In this document: positions 1-12,530 of the stretch, piece after piece
How positions within the stretch are numbered: position 1 is the stretch's first letter
How the letters are laid out: every line of letters begins with the position of its first letter
Assembly: GCA_028534125.1 (NCBI GenBank)
Contig: CM052817.1
Coordinates: 16,432,001-16,496,000, forward strand
DNA length: 64,000 bases
Source: Lama glama
Taxonomy: Eukaryota
Reading direction: 5' to 3'
Program-made: the position numbers and the translations under genes
The notes under the pieces: generated by a model
Told to the model about the DNA's origin: nothing
The model's input: the letters and a program-made list of their open reading frames with translations, nothing else
Databases searched by the model: none

Positions 1-1289
1 AAAAAAACTGAATTGGGCACTCTTTGTGAACAAGTTATCTGCTTAAATACCATCAAACTTACATTTTGCTGCTCAGTTTCCTAGCCTGCTCATTTCAACA
101 TGGAATCCTAGTATTTTTGTTAGCAAATAAACTCAACACAAGGAATTCCAACAATATCTATCACTTATTTGAAGCAACATATACAGCTAGATCAAGTTCA
201 AGCATTCACAGGCAATGACAACCACCTAACTTCTGTTTATAAGACCCTCACAGATTGTAAAATGCATTTAATTTCACATATTAAAACTGTGATTAAAAAT
301 TCACTGAAGTATCAAAACTTTCACTTGAAAAATCCTTTTTAAAAAACTCTTTATTTTGATCTTTTCTCATATTCAAGCTTCAGGATCACCGTAACATATG
401 GAGGCATTCAGAAGCAGAGCTGACCCAAATACTCATTCTTTCACATTTTTCAGGAAGAGGGGAATGGTTACAAATGGCAGTTTATAAATACTATAAATTA
501 GACTAACGGCACTATTGTCTTCTTTTATTAACAACTTACTAAGTTAAAACGATCAACTGAACCCAAACCCTGATTCTGAGATTCTAGAGACAGACTTCTG
601 TTAGTTCCTCAATATTAATTAGATCCAATGATCCAATTCTAAGAGATGCTACAGTTAAGCATCTCCTGCATCATCAATTAATATACGAAGCATGCTGTTT
701 GTATAAACAGAGCTTCAGGAAAAATTTTTAAAGTTGGAAGGTCTCTAAAAGACACCATCAAATTTGCTGCTTTTCCCAGGGAAAAAACTGAGTAATAGCA
801 GTTAACTCTGCCAGGTCTCAAAACTAGTTAAACAGCTTAGTCAGTGTAAAGATTCCCAATCCTAGACCCTACTACACTAACACACTCTCCTCAAAGTCCC
901 AGATAAATAAGCAAAAGCGAAAAGCTACCTCATGGTTTGCTATATACTGCTAGATGTATGAAACCCTTTGCTACTTAAAAAAAAAAAAAAAGTAACCTAA
1001 TACAGAGTACAGAAAAGGAGAACCAGGTACTGGTGGTCCTATAAAAATCATAACCAGTTTTTTTTTTTTACCTAGGTCAAATTTTACTACCTTTCATTGT
1101 AGCAATCAAATATTTACCCAGACTAAGGATGAGTCACAAAAATAGTGTCACAATAATAAATTGTAATCACATAATTTTGAAGTTTCAGTAATGAACTAGT
1201 AAACTAAAATTGCTTGGGATAATCAAACTACATTTTACTGAATGCCTTATTATCCAGCGTTTTTCTAACTGTTGTGGGACAATGACTTG

Positions 1290-1465
1290 CTTAAAAAATT
1301 GTCAGCAAAAGTCACCAGCATCACTTGGGAACTGGTTAAAATACATAACTTGGGCCTCACCCCAGACCTACTTAATCAAAAACTTTGAAGGTGAAGAATA
1401 GCAATCTGTGTTGTAACAAGCTTTCACACAATTTTGATGTTTCCTAACTTGGGGAAACCACTAGT
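1290..1465 (+). mobile_element. MER5-like hAT-Charlie MITE
   Basis: CAGCATCACTTGGGAACTGGTTAAAA...GCCTCACCCCAGACCTACTTAATCA...GCAATCTGTGTTGTAACAAG...GAAACCACT. Confidence 0.7.
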
Positions 1466-2033
1466 CTGAATTAATCAAGTTAAACAAGTGGCAGATTAAG
1501 CAAAGTAGATAGCTAGAGCAGCAAAAACATCCTTGGAGCGAGTCAGAACCAGTTCCTATCTCCAACCAGGACTGCTTAATAAAATAAAACAAGCCAAAAA
1601 ACCCTGTGTGCTAAATAAGCAGCATCAACTTAAGTATTTTTTGCAATGGGCTCACACAGATGGCACAGTACAACTACAAGCCAACCACCAACCCTGATCC
1701 CAGCCAATGTCACTAATTGTGATAAAAACAAAGCATGGTAAAACATTCTGTATTGCAAATGTATTATTTGTTTATAGTTTTGTGTTCAAATGTATTTATA
1801 ATTTTGGAAACACTTCAAGTAGCCTGGTTCAAAGAAAAGTCATATAGGGAAAGATTCACAGAAAGGTGACAAATGCTTTACAAAATGAACACCAGAAATT
1901 AAAAACTTTTTAATAATAATATTATTCATAACTATAATGAATGTCAATGAGTAATTCTCAAGTTATAACCGATAACAAACTTGTCTATGTGGGTAAGCAA
2001 TCCTCAGTAACTTAGTCTTACTTGGCACAGGGG

Positions 2034-2035
<2 letters not shown>

Positions 2036-2081
<46 letters not shown>
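2036..2081. repeat. (GT)n microsatellite
   Basis: Perfect GT run, ~23 units. Confidence 0.98.
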
Positions 2082-2083
<2 letters not shown>

Positions 2084-2199
2084 CACAAACTTCCTGAATC
2101 CCTAAACAAAATGCAGAATATATGGATTATTTAAAACAACCTTGGCCAGTAAACAAAAAAGTAAGCAGTTAATCAATTATCTGTATAAAGTTCAAGCTT

Positions 2200-3010
2200 C
2201 TGTATGGCATGAAGTGTCATAATCAAGGCAAAGAAACAAATGGCAAACTAGGCCAAAAACTGCAACTCATATCCAGAATTCCAGTTGTTAAAAACTCATA
2301 CAAACCAGTAAGAAAAAGGCCAAACAACCACAGAAAGATGAATAAAGAATATAAAGTTATCAAATTTCATCAATCCTGTAATAGTGTATATTTTTCAAAT
2401 TTACTTTCTCTATGATTGGCATGCATTTTAAAATAGCACCTTGCTACAAACGTCTGTCAATCAGGTAGTAACACTTTTAGAAAGATGAGAAAAGCACAAG
2501 TTTCAGATTCCAAAAAAATACAAAAGGCTCATAAATACATGTAAAGATGTTCAATTTCATACAAAAGAAATGTAAATTAAAGCCATAATGAGAATTCATT
2601 TTTCACTTACAATACTGACAAAGACAAAAAAGTTCCACAACAAAGTGTTGGCAAAGGTATAGAAACAGACGCTCATTTGCTCATCCCTTACTGATCTGAG
2701 GAGATACAATCTCCGTGGAGGGCAATCTGGCAACAACTAATAAAATTCAAAAACATCCTTTGACTCAACCAGTTTCATTGACTCAACCAGTTTCATTTTC
2801 AGGAAACTCATTTCAGATATACACACCTGTGTATGTGTGAAAAAAATGTGTGTACAAAATTGTAAGACAGTACTAAGGGCAGCAACCGATTTTAATAACA
2901 AAAAATATAAATTTGAGTGTCCATCAAAAGAATTAAACTACATAACCATTAAAAAGAATGAGGCAACTTTATATTTACTGATCTAAGACAATCTCCAAGA
3001 TACAATATAT
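2200..3010 (+). mobile_element. Old L1M fragment
   Basis: AAGATGTTCAATTTC...ATGTAAATTAAAGCCATAATGAGA...GGAGGGCAATCTGGCAA...CCATTAAAAAGAATGAGG. Confidence 0.7.
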
Positions 3011-4354
3011 GTGAAGTCAGCGGCCATACGTCTTAAACCAGCCCTGCTATAAACACTGAGGTTAATCTGTTCTGAAAATCCTAGCTACGTAGTGCTATTC
3101 CAAATCTGCTAGGATTTGGTTACCTTTCAAAGTATAGGCTTTATTCTGGCATGACTAAATACGCACATAAATCACAACTATGTTTCTAAAGGATCCAAAA
3201 CTTGTCTCAGCATAACTCAAAGAAATTCTTGGTATCTGCTTCAGAGTTATCTATTCTAAATGACAGGCATTGTTAATTCTGAGTAATTAGATTTACTGCT
3301 TTATAAATACTTACACAAAGACAATTACACGGAGAGATGAGGAATGAGGATGGAGAGGAAAAACACATACAGTGGTTTGAGAACACATCCTTTGTTGTAA
3401 GACAAACCTTGCTCAAATCCTTGCTTTCTTATTTGTGTTAGACCTTCACTGGAATCTAGAAGTTCAACTTCTCTAAAGCTCCATTTAAAAAAGGAGAATA
3501 AAGTGGCTACTGTTTAAAGTAATGTATATAAAACACTTGTACGCCAACTGTCTAGCAACTAGTAAGTATTCAATACAGAAGAACTCTACACTACACGTCC
3601 ACTAACGAATGACTCCTTGGGATAACCAACCTTACACTACAAAACATATGTAGTACAGCCATACTGCTATCCCTACCAGTTGGGTAAACATGATCATATT
3701 GACATGAAATGATACCCTTTTAGAACAGAAAAGAAATGTATATATGTGTCCTAAGTTGTACACTTCAGAAAAGCTTGAAAAGATGAACCACACACACCCA
3801 CAAATATTAAGTATGATAACTATAAAAGTGAAAGGGGTCTGGAATTCCAGAATTCCAAAAGACTGAACTCTCATAAATGCCAGAAAATTAACACCTGTGT
3901 ATTTTGCGAGTGTTTGAAATTTAAATCCCACCTTAAGAACTGGACATTTTATTGAGTAATGGAACTCTAAACAAAGGGCCCATATTCAAGGAAATGGTGT
4001 TGGTCCTACATTAACAGATTGATAAATGAATGTTTAAGGTTTGTATAAATTTTCTATTTACCACTAAATTTTTAGACCAACCCACTACAATCCAGTCAAG
4101 TGACATATGTGTCTCTATTAAATAAAAGCTACCCACATTAAAATGCTTACACAACAGGTTTATGTGTGGTTAATTTCTTTAAAGTTATAATGGATCAAGA
4201 CTTCTCAGAGACTATGATCGAAAGTATTTACGCACTTCCATTTTTCCTGCCACATAACCTACTTTTGTTTAAAGCCCCTATAAATAGAATAGTTTTTAAA
4301 TGACAATAGTAAGGAACAGAAGAAGACAAAGCTAAAAATAGCTTGCACTTATCA

Positions 4355-4480
4355 GGAAGGAAGGAACTAAAGAAAGAAAAGAAAGAAAAAAGGAAAGAAA
4401 GAAAGGAAGGAAGGAAAGAAAAAAGAAAGAAAAGAAAAGAAAGAAAGAAAAGAAAGGAAAGAAAAGAAAAGAAAGAAAAA
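4355..4480. repeat. (GAAA/GGAA/GAAAA)n polypurine repeat
   Basis: ~120-bp nearly pure purine tract. Confidence 0.95.
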
Positions 4481-6469
4481 TTAAAACATAAGAAGCCAGG
4501 AGTGAACTACTAAATAAATAGAATTCTGAGTTATTTCTTTAGGCCTAGGGTGCCAGGAAAAAACTCCTGACATTATAAACTAAAGCAGCAAGAGAACTTT
4601 CTACTTTACTTAAGATCTAGCTTATCTACCTAGTTAATCTGCCTCTTCATCCTTCTCAGCTCAGATCAAATACCCCCTTCTCCTGTGAAATAGCTACACA
4701 ATTCATGTGACACTCAAACTACCTTCTTAATTGCTTCACAGCTTACCTCCCCAACCAAATCAGAAAAGAGCCAATGACACTAGCACAGTTCCTTTATAAT
4801 ACATAATGCTTCTTTCACCAATAAAGTGATAAAAATTTATATAGGCTCAAATTCAATTTGATATATTCTCAGCAAAAGCACAGTATGAGCGACACTAATC
4901 CTACTATAATCACAACAGCACTAGACATAGCATGGTATTGCTTACAGTAAGAACCAACCACTAGTAGATGGAGTCACTTAGAAAGGTACCATATAGTGTT
5001 TTGAATGTGGAATCTACAATGCTTTAATACAATTCTCATACCAAAAAAAAAAGACAAAGAAGGCAAACAGAAAACATCAAAACCCATCTATCAAGTATAT
5101 AGTCTCATAATTAACTGAAATGCTAAAAACTAGCAGCCAAAGCATAGATTTATTTTGGCAAAGAGCCAAAATACATTCAGTATGTGTCTCAGTTGGAGAT
5201 CTAATCAAGCAAAATAAATGACTAAGAAATTAACTATAGAAAAATAAGGAAACTAAATCATTTTTTCAAAATATACTATTCCTCAAATTTTCATAACTTT
5301 TGAAGAAAATGCTCTCCCATCCTCAACAGAATTTACAGAAAGCTAGGATGAATGTGTAGGTTCCACTTAGTATTTTTAAAGATGTTGGCACTATAAACAA
5401 AGAGAGCCTTCTCTAACTAATCACTTGCAAGTGCTTAAGTATAAACACAAAGGTCAAATGTAACAATATATGCAGGTCTTTAGGATATCAAGTTATCTTT
5501 CTATGAATTGAATTAATAAAAGCCAACACAATTTGAATTCTAAGGTAACAGTGATTTTTCAGTCTCAATGACAGGAACTGCTTAAGTAGTAAATAACCAC
5601 ATTTATTCTTCATTCCCACCCCTTCCTAAAGATCCAGTAACTACCTTTCTCTAAGTTCAGTACTACACTTGAATTAGAACAAAGCCTACCATATAGCAGA
5701 TGTTCAGTAAATTAGTTTATAATTGATGTTTGATTAATGATTATAATTAATGATTTTTAATAACCAGACCAGTTTCCACATCTTCTCTCCAAGCCCTAAA
5801 AGAATATTTGTATTCATTCATTCATTCCATACTGACAAGTAACATCAAGGTTTAATTCAAGCCAAAACCCCCAAATTGTAACTCAATTCTTGTATTAAAA
5901 GGAACTTTATTAAATTGGTTTTATTAAGTTCATTTTTAATTAACCAGGTAAACTGGTTAATAAGAGCCAATAATTCCTTAAACTGGAAATCTATCACCAT
6001 TATATCAGCAGCAGCCAAGAGTAGAAATGTTGATTTTGCACTTGCCTGGTAACAGGAATTACTCTAACGGCTACACACAAATTACACATCTAATCTCAGA
6101 GCAACCCGAAGATGTAGTTGTTATTATCAGCTCCATCTTCTGAAAAAGCAGTAAGCATAGGGAAGTTAATTAACACAGTCAAGATCACAGCTAATAAGCG
6201 ACAGAGCTAGGACACAACTCAGGTACTTTGATCCCTACTAGAGTCTGTGCTCTACAATATATTTCCTTTTGATTCTCTTCTCAAGTCATCTTTTTAAAAC
6301 AAACTTGCCTTGTTGGAAACACACTCTGGAATCTCTAAGTAGTCCTTATGAAGGTGGTGACCGCTGTTTCCAGCGGTCCCAAAGAATCTGCAATGCCTGG
6401 TAAATCCTCTCCAGTTGTCAACCTTAGAGGTTCTTTATCAACCAGCTCCTTATTTGTAGCAGTGTCTGA

Positions 6470-6700
6470 AATGGACTCTTAAATTTGTTAAATATTTTTG
6501 GATTCTCTTTCATCTTTTTGCCTAGACTGCCTTTTGGAGATCAAGAAATTCCATAAGTTTCTGATCTACATTGTGTGGAATAGCACTTGTTTGCCTAGTT
6601 TCGTACAAAACTTCTCTCCCTGAAGTTTTACAAAGGACTTATCACACCTTAAAATCCAAGACTGTTCATTTCTCCCTGTCACTCAATTAGATTTCAACTA
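6470..6700 (-). mobile_element. Ancient CR1/L3-like fragment
   Basis: Minus strand CAGGGAGAGAAGTTTT...TATTCCACACAATGTAGATCAGAAACTTATGGAATT resembles a CR1 ORF2 3' end. Confidence 0.45.
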
Positions 6701-9700
6701 TGTCCTATCTTTTAACTCTTCTTGATTTTCTAGCAGCTTGTCCTCAAGTTAAATAAAAGATAAACATCTCAGGATGGCGCAGTCTTATAGAACTAAATGC
6801 CATGTGTTCTCCAAGAAAGAGCTACAACACTTTCTGCTTCATAAACATTATCCCAGGTTGAGTCCTTAGCCTTGTGATAGATTGCAAAATTAAAATGAAT
6901 CTGATATCCAAAAGCAAAAGATTCAGAATAAAAGGCAAATTATGCAGACCAAATCAACCTCTCACTATGTCCTCTCCACAGACAAGTTTATAAACAAATG
7001 AGGGAAAATGTCTTTCCATGAAAATTCTGCCCTTTTCATAATTATGTTGAAGATTCACCCACAGTCTACACTGTAGTAACAAATTTTTACTCCCCTGCTG
7101 TCCCGTCTATGTCCCCACGTTTTTTTTTAAGAAAAGGATTCAGGCACAAGGCAAGTACACAGATACATACACAGTTAAACTGTCTTCCCAAAGGGTTTAT
7201 GTTCCAATTAGGCAAGAAAAAAAGAAACCAAACTTTGACATCTCAAAAATGACCTAGCATGGATATGCTGACTTAAACAAATCAGTTGGATACCTTAAAT
7301 ACCACAGACTATAGAGCCTTCAAGTAAAAGGCATGACTTTTTCCCTCCCTAAGAAAAAAAAAGTTTTTAAAAATGATGTTCCATCTGCCTAGAAAGCTCT
7401 GCTTCCCTGTTCCTCAATCTCTTTTCCTGGCAAACCATTACTTTCAATTCAGTCCTTGACTTAAATTCTGCCTTCTCTTTTCTAGTGTAAATTCTCAAAT
7501 CATACTTTCATATACACTCCAAAATTCTCTTTCAGAGCCTAATCATAGTTTGAAATCTTATATATACTTTTGTATTTGCTTTATAGGGACAGGGACCAGC
7601 TTTACTTTCACTACTATATCTAGCACTGCCCGACACACAGAAGGTACTCAATTCTGACTGAACAAATGACTAAGTGTTACTTGTGTAAATTACTGGATTC
7701 CTCAGTATCAAAATCTCAGTAATTCTACAGTTTGAAGGAAAGAACAAAAAAGGAAATATATCACCTAAAATAACACTGGTATCAGCTACCAAGTTAATAA
7801 CTTAAATATTATGTTTTTCCAAAGGTTCAAGACTATCAGTTTTATTCCTTTAAATTATCAGTTCTTTCCCCCAAAAATGAATTGCTTTCATAAAATGTAT
7901 TACAATTCCAGCTACAAAGTGCTCCTTAAAATCCTCAGCAAAAGTATGTCCACTTCTTCCTCCTAACATTAAAACGAATTAAGGTATTTTTCACTGACTA
8001 ATCACAAATTTTTTTCACTGACAGTTCCACTGTTCTTTTAGCTACCTCATGAGCTTTCTCCCCCAATCATTTTCATTCAAAGATGGCCAAAGGAACATAA
8101 ATATATTGCAAAAGGAATACTTAAGAAAAAAAAGATGGGAGCAGGCAAACACACAACAATGAAATATAAAAACCATTTAGCAATGGTGGTTTTGAAAAGT
8201 AACCTGTCTCCTAGGACTTAATAGCTATTTAAGGCCAGTCTAACACAGTATGCACTCATTTATACCAGACCCATTCCTCAAAAACAACACAATATTAGAC
8301 CGAGAACCCAGATGTATGTGTCTTAAACACTGAAGAAACTATCTTTGGACAATTAACCTGTATAAAGAAGACTTAAAGATACATTCATCAGGCTAAAGCA
8401 CTCTCAAACATTTAATTAGTAAACAAGTATTTGTTTGGTATAAACAATGAATCAGGAAGGATATGGTTAAATTCTCCACTCCTCAGAGAGAATCTTACGT
8501 AAGTTAGTCCTCTTTATCACCCTTCTATGGTGAAAACTAAAGGATTCTTCTGGCTACACAGTACATACCTAGGCACTTTATATATGAAAAGAGTTAATGG
8601 AGGGTACTGATAGTTGTCTGACATGTTCACTCTTTCTACTCAATTAACTATGTAACTGACCATTATTAAGTTAAAGCTTTAGCTGCTTTTAACATCTGGG
8701 TTCTCAAGAAGTGAGTTGATAGATGACTATACAAAATATACCTAGGGATTCATAAAATATCGCATTTAATAGAGCATTCCAATTAGGCAAAACTACAACT
8801 AACTGTACTAACAGGATTTAAATCACTTAAAGACAATACTAGGTTAGCTTCTAAATCTTCAGAAGATTCTATAAGAAATCTCAATAAATTTACCTGGCCA
8901 AGAATTAGGTTTTTTTTTAAGTTTAATTACAGTCTCCAGAAACCATTCCATAAGAAAACATCACAATGCCAAAAAGATACTTTCATTTTGAGCTATCAGA
9001 AATACGTTACTTGTCACTTCCTATTAACCGAACTGAAATCTTTTACAAGCATACATCTTTTGAAAGCCTACCACTTCCTACTACAAACATACACACATTC
9101 TGCCCCAACACTACATGGAACTTTCTCATCTCCCAATTTTCAAATTATGTTCTCCCTGTTCAACTACAGCTTACTTAAAAAAACAAAACAAAACAAAAAA
9201 CTGGTGAATCAAATGTCAGAATATTACTGCTCCTAAAGGTGAGTAAAGTCTGCCTATTATCATTCAATTCCTTGACATTACCCGCATCTTAAAGCAATAT
9301 AAAATCATAAGATTTTTATGTAATGCTTTTATCAATTACACTTAATTATAAGTGATCAATAACATGATTAGCACTAAATTAAAAAATTTTATTCAATGAA
9401 GATTAAGGTTTAAGCCCAAAACATGCCTCCAAGTCATAAAGACAACCTGACTGAAGTACACACTTCAGTTCAATTGCTATTAAAAATGAAACAATCTGAA
9501 GTTTAAATTAAAAAAAAATGCTAGAAAGAAACTGGAAGAAATTGACATGAAACCTGAAGGGTAACAATGTTTTGATTACAGAAAAAATTTAAGTTGTGAT
9601 ATCACAGTTTTATTTCAAGGAACCTTATTTTTGAGAGATATACTGAAATATTTACAAGGTATACAATGTCTAGGATTTGCTTTAAACTATACAGAATAGG

Positions 9701-10619
9701 GAAAAGGTTGAGATACGGATAAAATAAGACTGGCCACATTTGAAGATGCAAGACAAATAAATGAGTTCACTATAGTACCATTCTACTTTTACATAAATTT
9801 GAAATTTTCTGTAAAATAGAGAGTTTCCCCCATAACTCTGTATGTATGCCATTAAGACTCTTGTCTTTTAGAAGATAACTTTATTCCCAATTGTCTTTTA
9901 AAAACAACCTCAGAGAGAAGACTGTATCATGACACAGGAATCATCTTTTAAAAATGATTTAAATGTCATACAAATACAGAATAAACAGAAGCAATAAAAG
10001 AGGGAGATTTTCAAAAGAATTACCATCAGGCAACAAATATTATTATTTATGCAGAATGAAAGGATTAAGATGAAGATAAAAAAAAACTAGAGAAGTTGAA
10101 GAAAATGTTAGGAAGAAGTTCAGTACGGTTGTCAGTCATGTGCACCACAGCACAACGAAGAGGAATGAGGATTCTGAGGCTCCCAAGACTGTATCACAAA
10201 GTAAGAGTCCTCCTTTTAGCTCATAACAGGCATGGTGATAGCTTATAATTATCATTAAAAGCCCTTTCCCCGAAATAAATCATATCCCTTCCCTAAAATC
10301 ATTCCTTCTGCAAGTAACTATCCTTTACTAAGATATAACACTTTATTTCTCTATCATATTTAAATGAAATATTTCACCTAAGATATAACACCAAGTAACT
10401 AAAATCTGACCTTTGAATTTCAGTGTCTACTGAGTAAGCTATATATACTACTACCAAGAAAAAGAATCCATATTAAAAAGTCATCTAGTAAATCGAAAGT
10501 CTACTATGAACTATTCCAAATTTGGATGACTTGAGACTCCACTAGGAAAGTCCCCTATTGAAATGCAGAAAACTAAAAGCAGAGGGGAAAAAAGTGTCCA
10601 TTTTTAAAGATAGTACTTA

Positions 10620-10814
<195 letters not shown>

Positions 10815-12190
10815 CTATCAAATAATTTCACATTTAAATTAATTCTACTCTGCCTGTATATGAGGTACATATTTAACATGAAGTGCTTTATCTCATTCTA
10901 TTAATTTAAAATAAAAATTCAATTAGGCACACCACAAATTATTATTTATGACTCAAACTCATAATAGTATGAACTCTTCAAGCCAAGGAGGGTCATGTAG
11001 AACGTTGATGTGACATAACTGTACTCCTGAGTAGGTTAGGTCCACTAAGGCTTTGCTGAATATGCTCCACAGTGTCAGTGTTCCATCACCAAGCATTTCT
11101 CTATGCACCAAGGGAACAAACTCAACTTAGGAAAATTCTACTCTAAAACAAATGTTAGTTTTCAAAAACATTCTAAGAATTTGACACTTACATTCCTATA
11201 AAATTTAAGTTATAAAGTAATGCACATAGAAGTAAAAATCGTATCTGCTTGTAGTTATGAAGCTGTACCTTAATTTGTTGTAAGCCAGCAGAATCTAACT
11301 CCTATCGTTCTCCCCTCAGAAGTATGCACAATGGCAGCACCTTAAGTACAAACTAAAAGTTAATTTTAGTAATTGTCAATCTCAAACTCAATAGGACCTA
11401 AGGGAAGCAGCAACAGCACTTGCCTGAAGAAGGGCAATGGAGGGTTAAAAAAAAAAAAAAAAAACCCCAGCAAGCCTAAGAAGCTGGTTGTCGCCATGAT
11501 GACAGTCCGCTTCCTGGCTGCTCCATTATCAACAGAAGCTAAAAAATCCTCTCATTTCATGATTCTTCTCTACTCACTTACCTGGAAAAGAACCATGGGA
11601 AAAATCTAAGTGCTCACTACATTAAATGGGAATCTACTGCTACAAGGACATGATGGATCTCCATCAAAGCCTCCACAAGCCTATTAGATTTTAATGCTAC
11701 AGGAAATGTGGGGGGGGGGTTTGATATAGGATTTGTACAGTGATATCTGAAGAATTGGTGGTTGTACTATTACATTTTAGTTAGATTATTTCTGCAATTT
11801 TGAGATTAACTGTCACTGACAAATATCCAAAAGGGGGAAGGAATGATTATGCTGCTTCTCTAGGAACGTAACTACGCATATCTTTAAAGGATTTAAAATG
11901 AACAGAAACACTAAAAGAGAAGTCTCCCTGGGTCTGTAAATCAACAGACCAAAGTTTAAGTGGCTTTCCAGCAAAATTTTATATGTATCTTCATTCGGCA
12001 AGCCTCTTATAAAGGCATAAATGTACCTTATAAGATCCAACAACAAAAAAAGTTCATTGGTCAATTAAAGCTATTTAAAATTCAGAATTCTCAAGGCAAG
12101 AATGTTCAACGATTTTTTAATTCACTTCTGTGAAATGGATAGCTTACTGCCACTTTAAAAAAAAAAAGATATAAACAGTTCTGGCTAATT

Positions 12191-12530
12191 CAGTAGTTTT
12201 CCAACTTTTGATCTCAACCTTTTTATACTCTTAAAATAACCTAGTAGGCCAAACAACTAGCATATTTACTATATCAGTAAATTAAATCTGAAGAATTGTT
12301 GAAATATTTATTAACTCCTTAACAATAAAAATCCATTCTATATTATAAACAGTTTCTATGAACATAGAACTACATCTTCAAAAAAATTCAGCAAGAATAC
12401 GCTGTTTTACGTTTTTGTTTATCTCTAATATCTGGCTTAAAAGAAGACAGCTGGATTCTCTCAACTGCTCCTATTTTGAATGCACTCCAGTATTTGTTTT
12501 GTTTGAAGTATATGAAGAAAACCCCAGAAC
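12191..12530 (+). mobile_element. MER20B-like hAT-Charlie fragment
   Basis: CAGTAGTTTTCCAACTTTTGATCTCA...TCTGGCTTAAAAGAAGACAGCTGGATTCTC...TTGAAGTATATGAAGAAAA. Confidence 0.7.
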
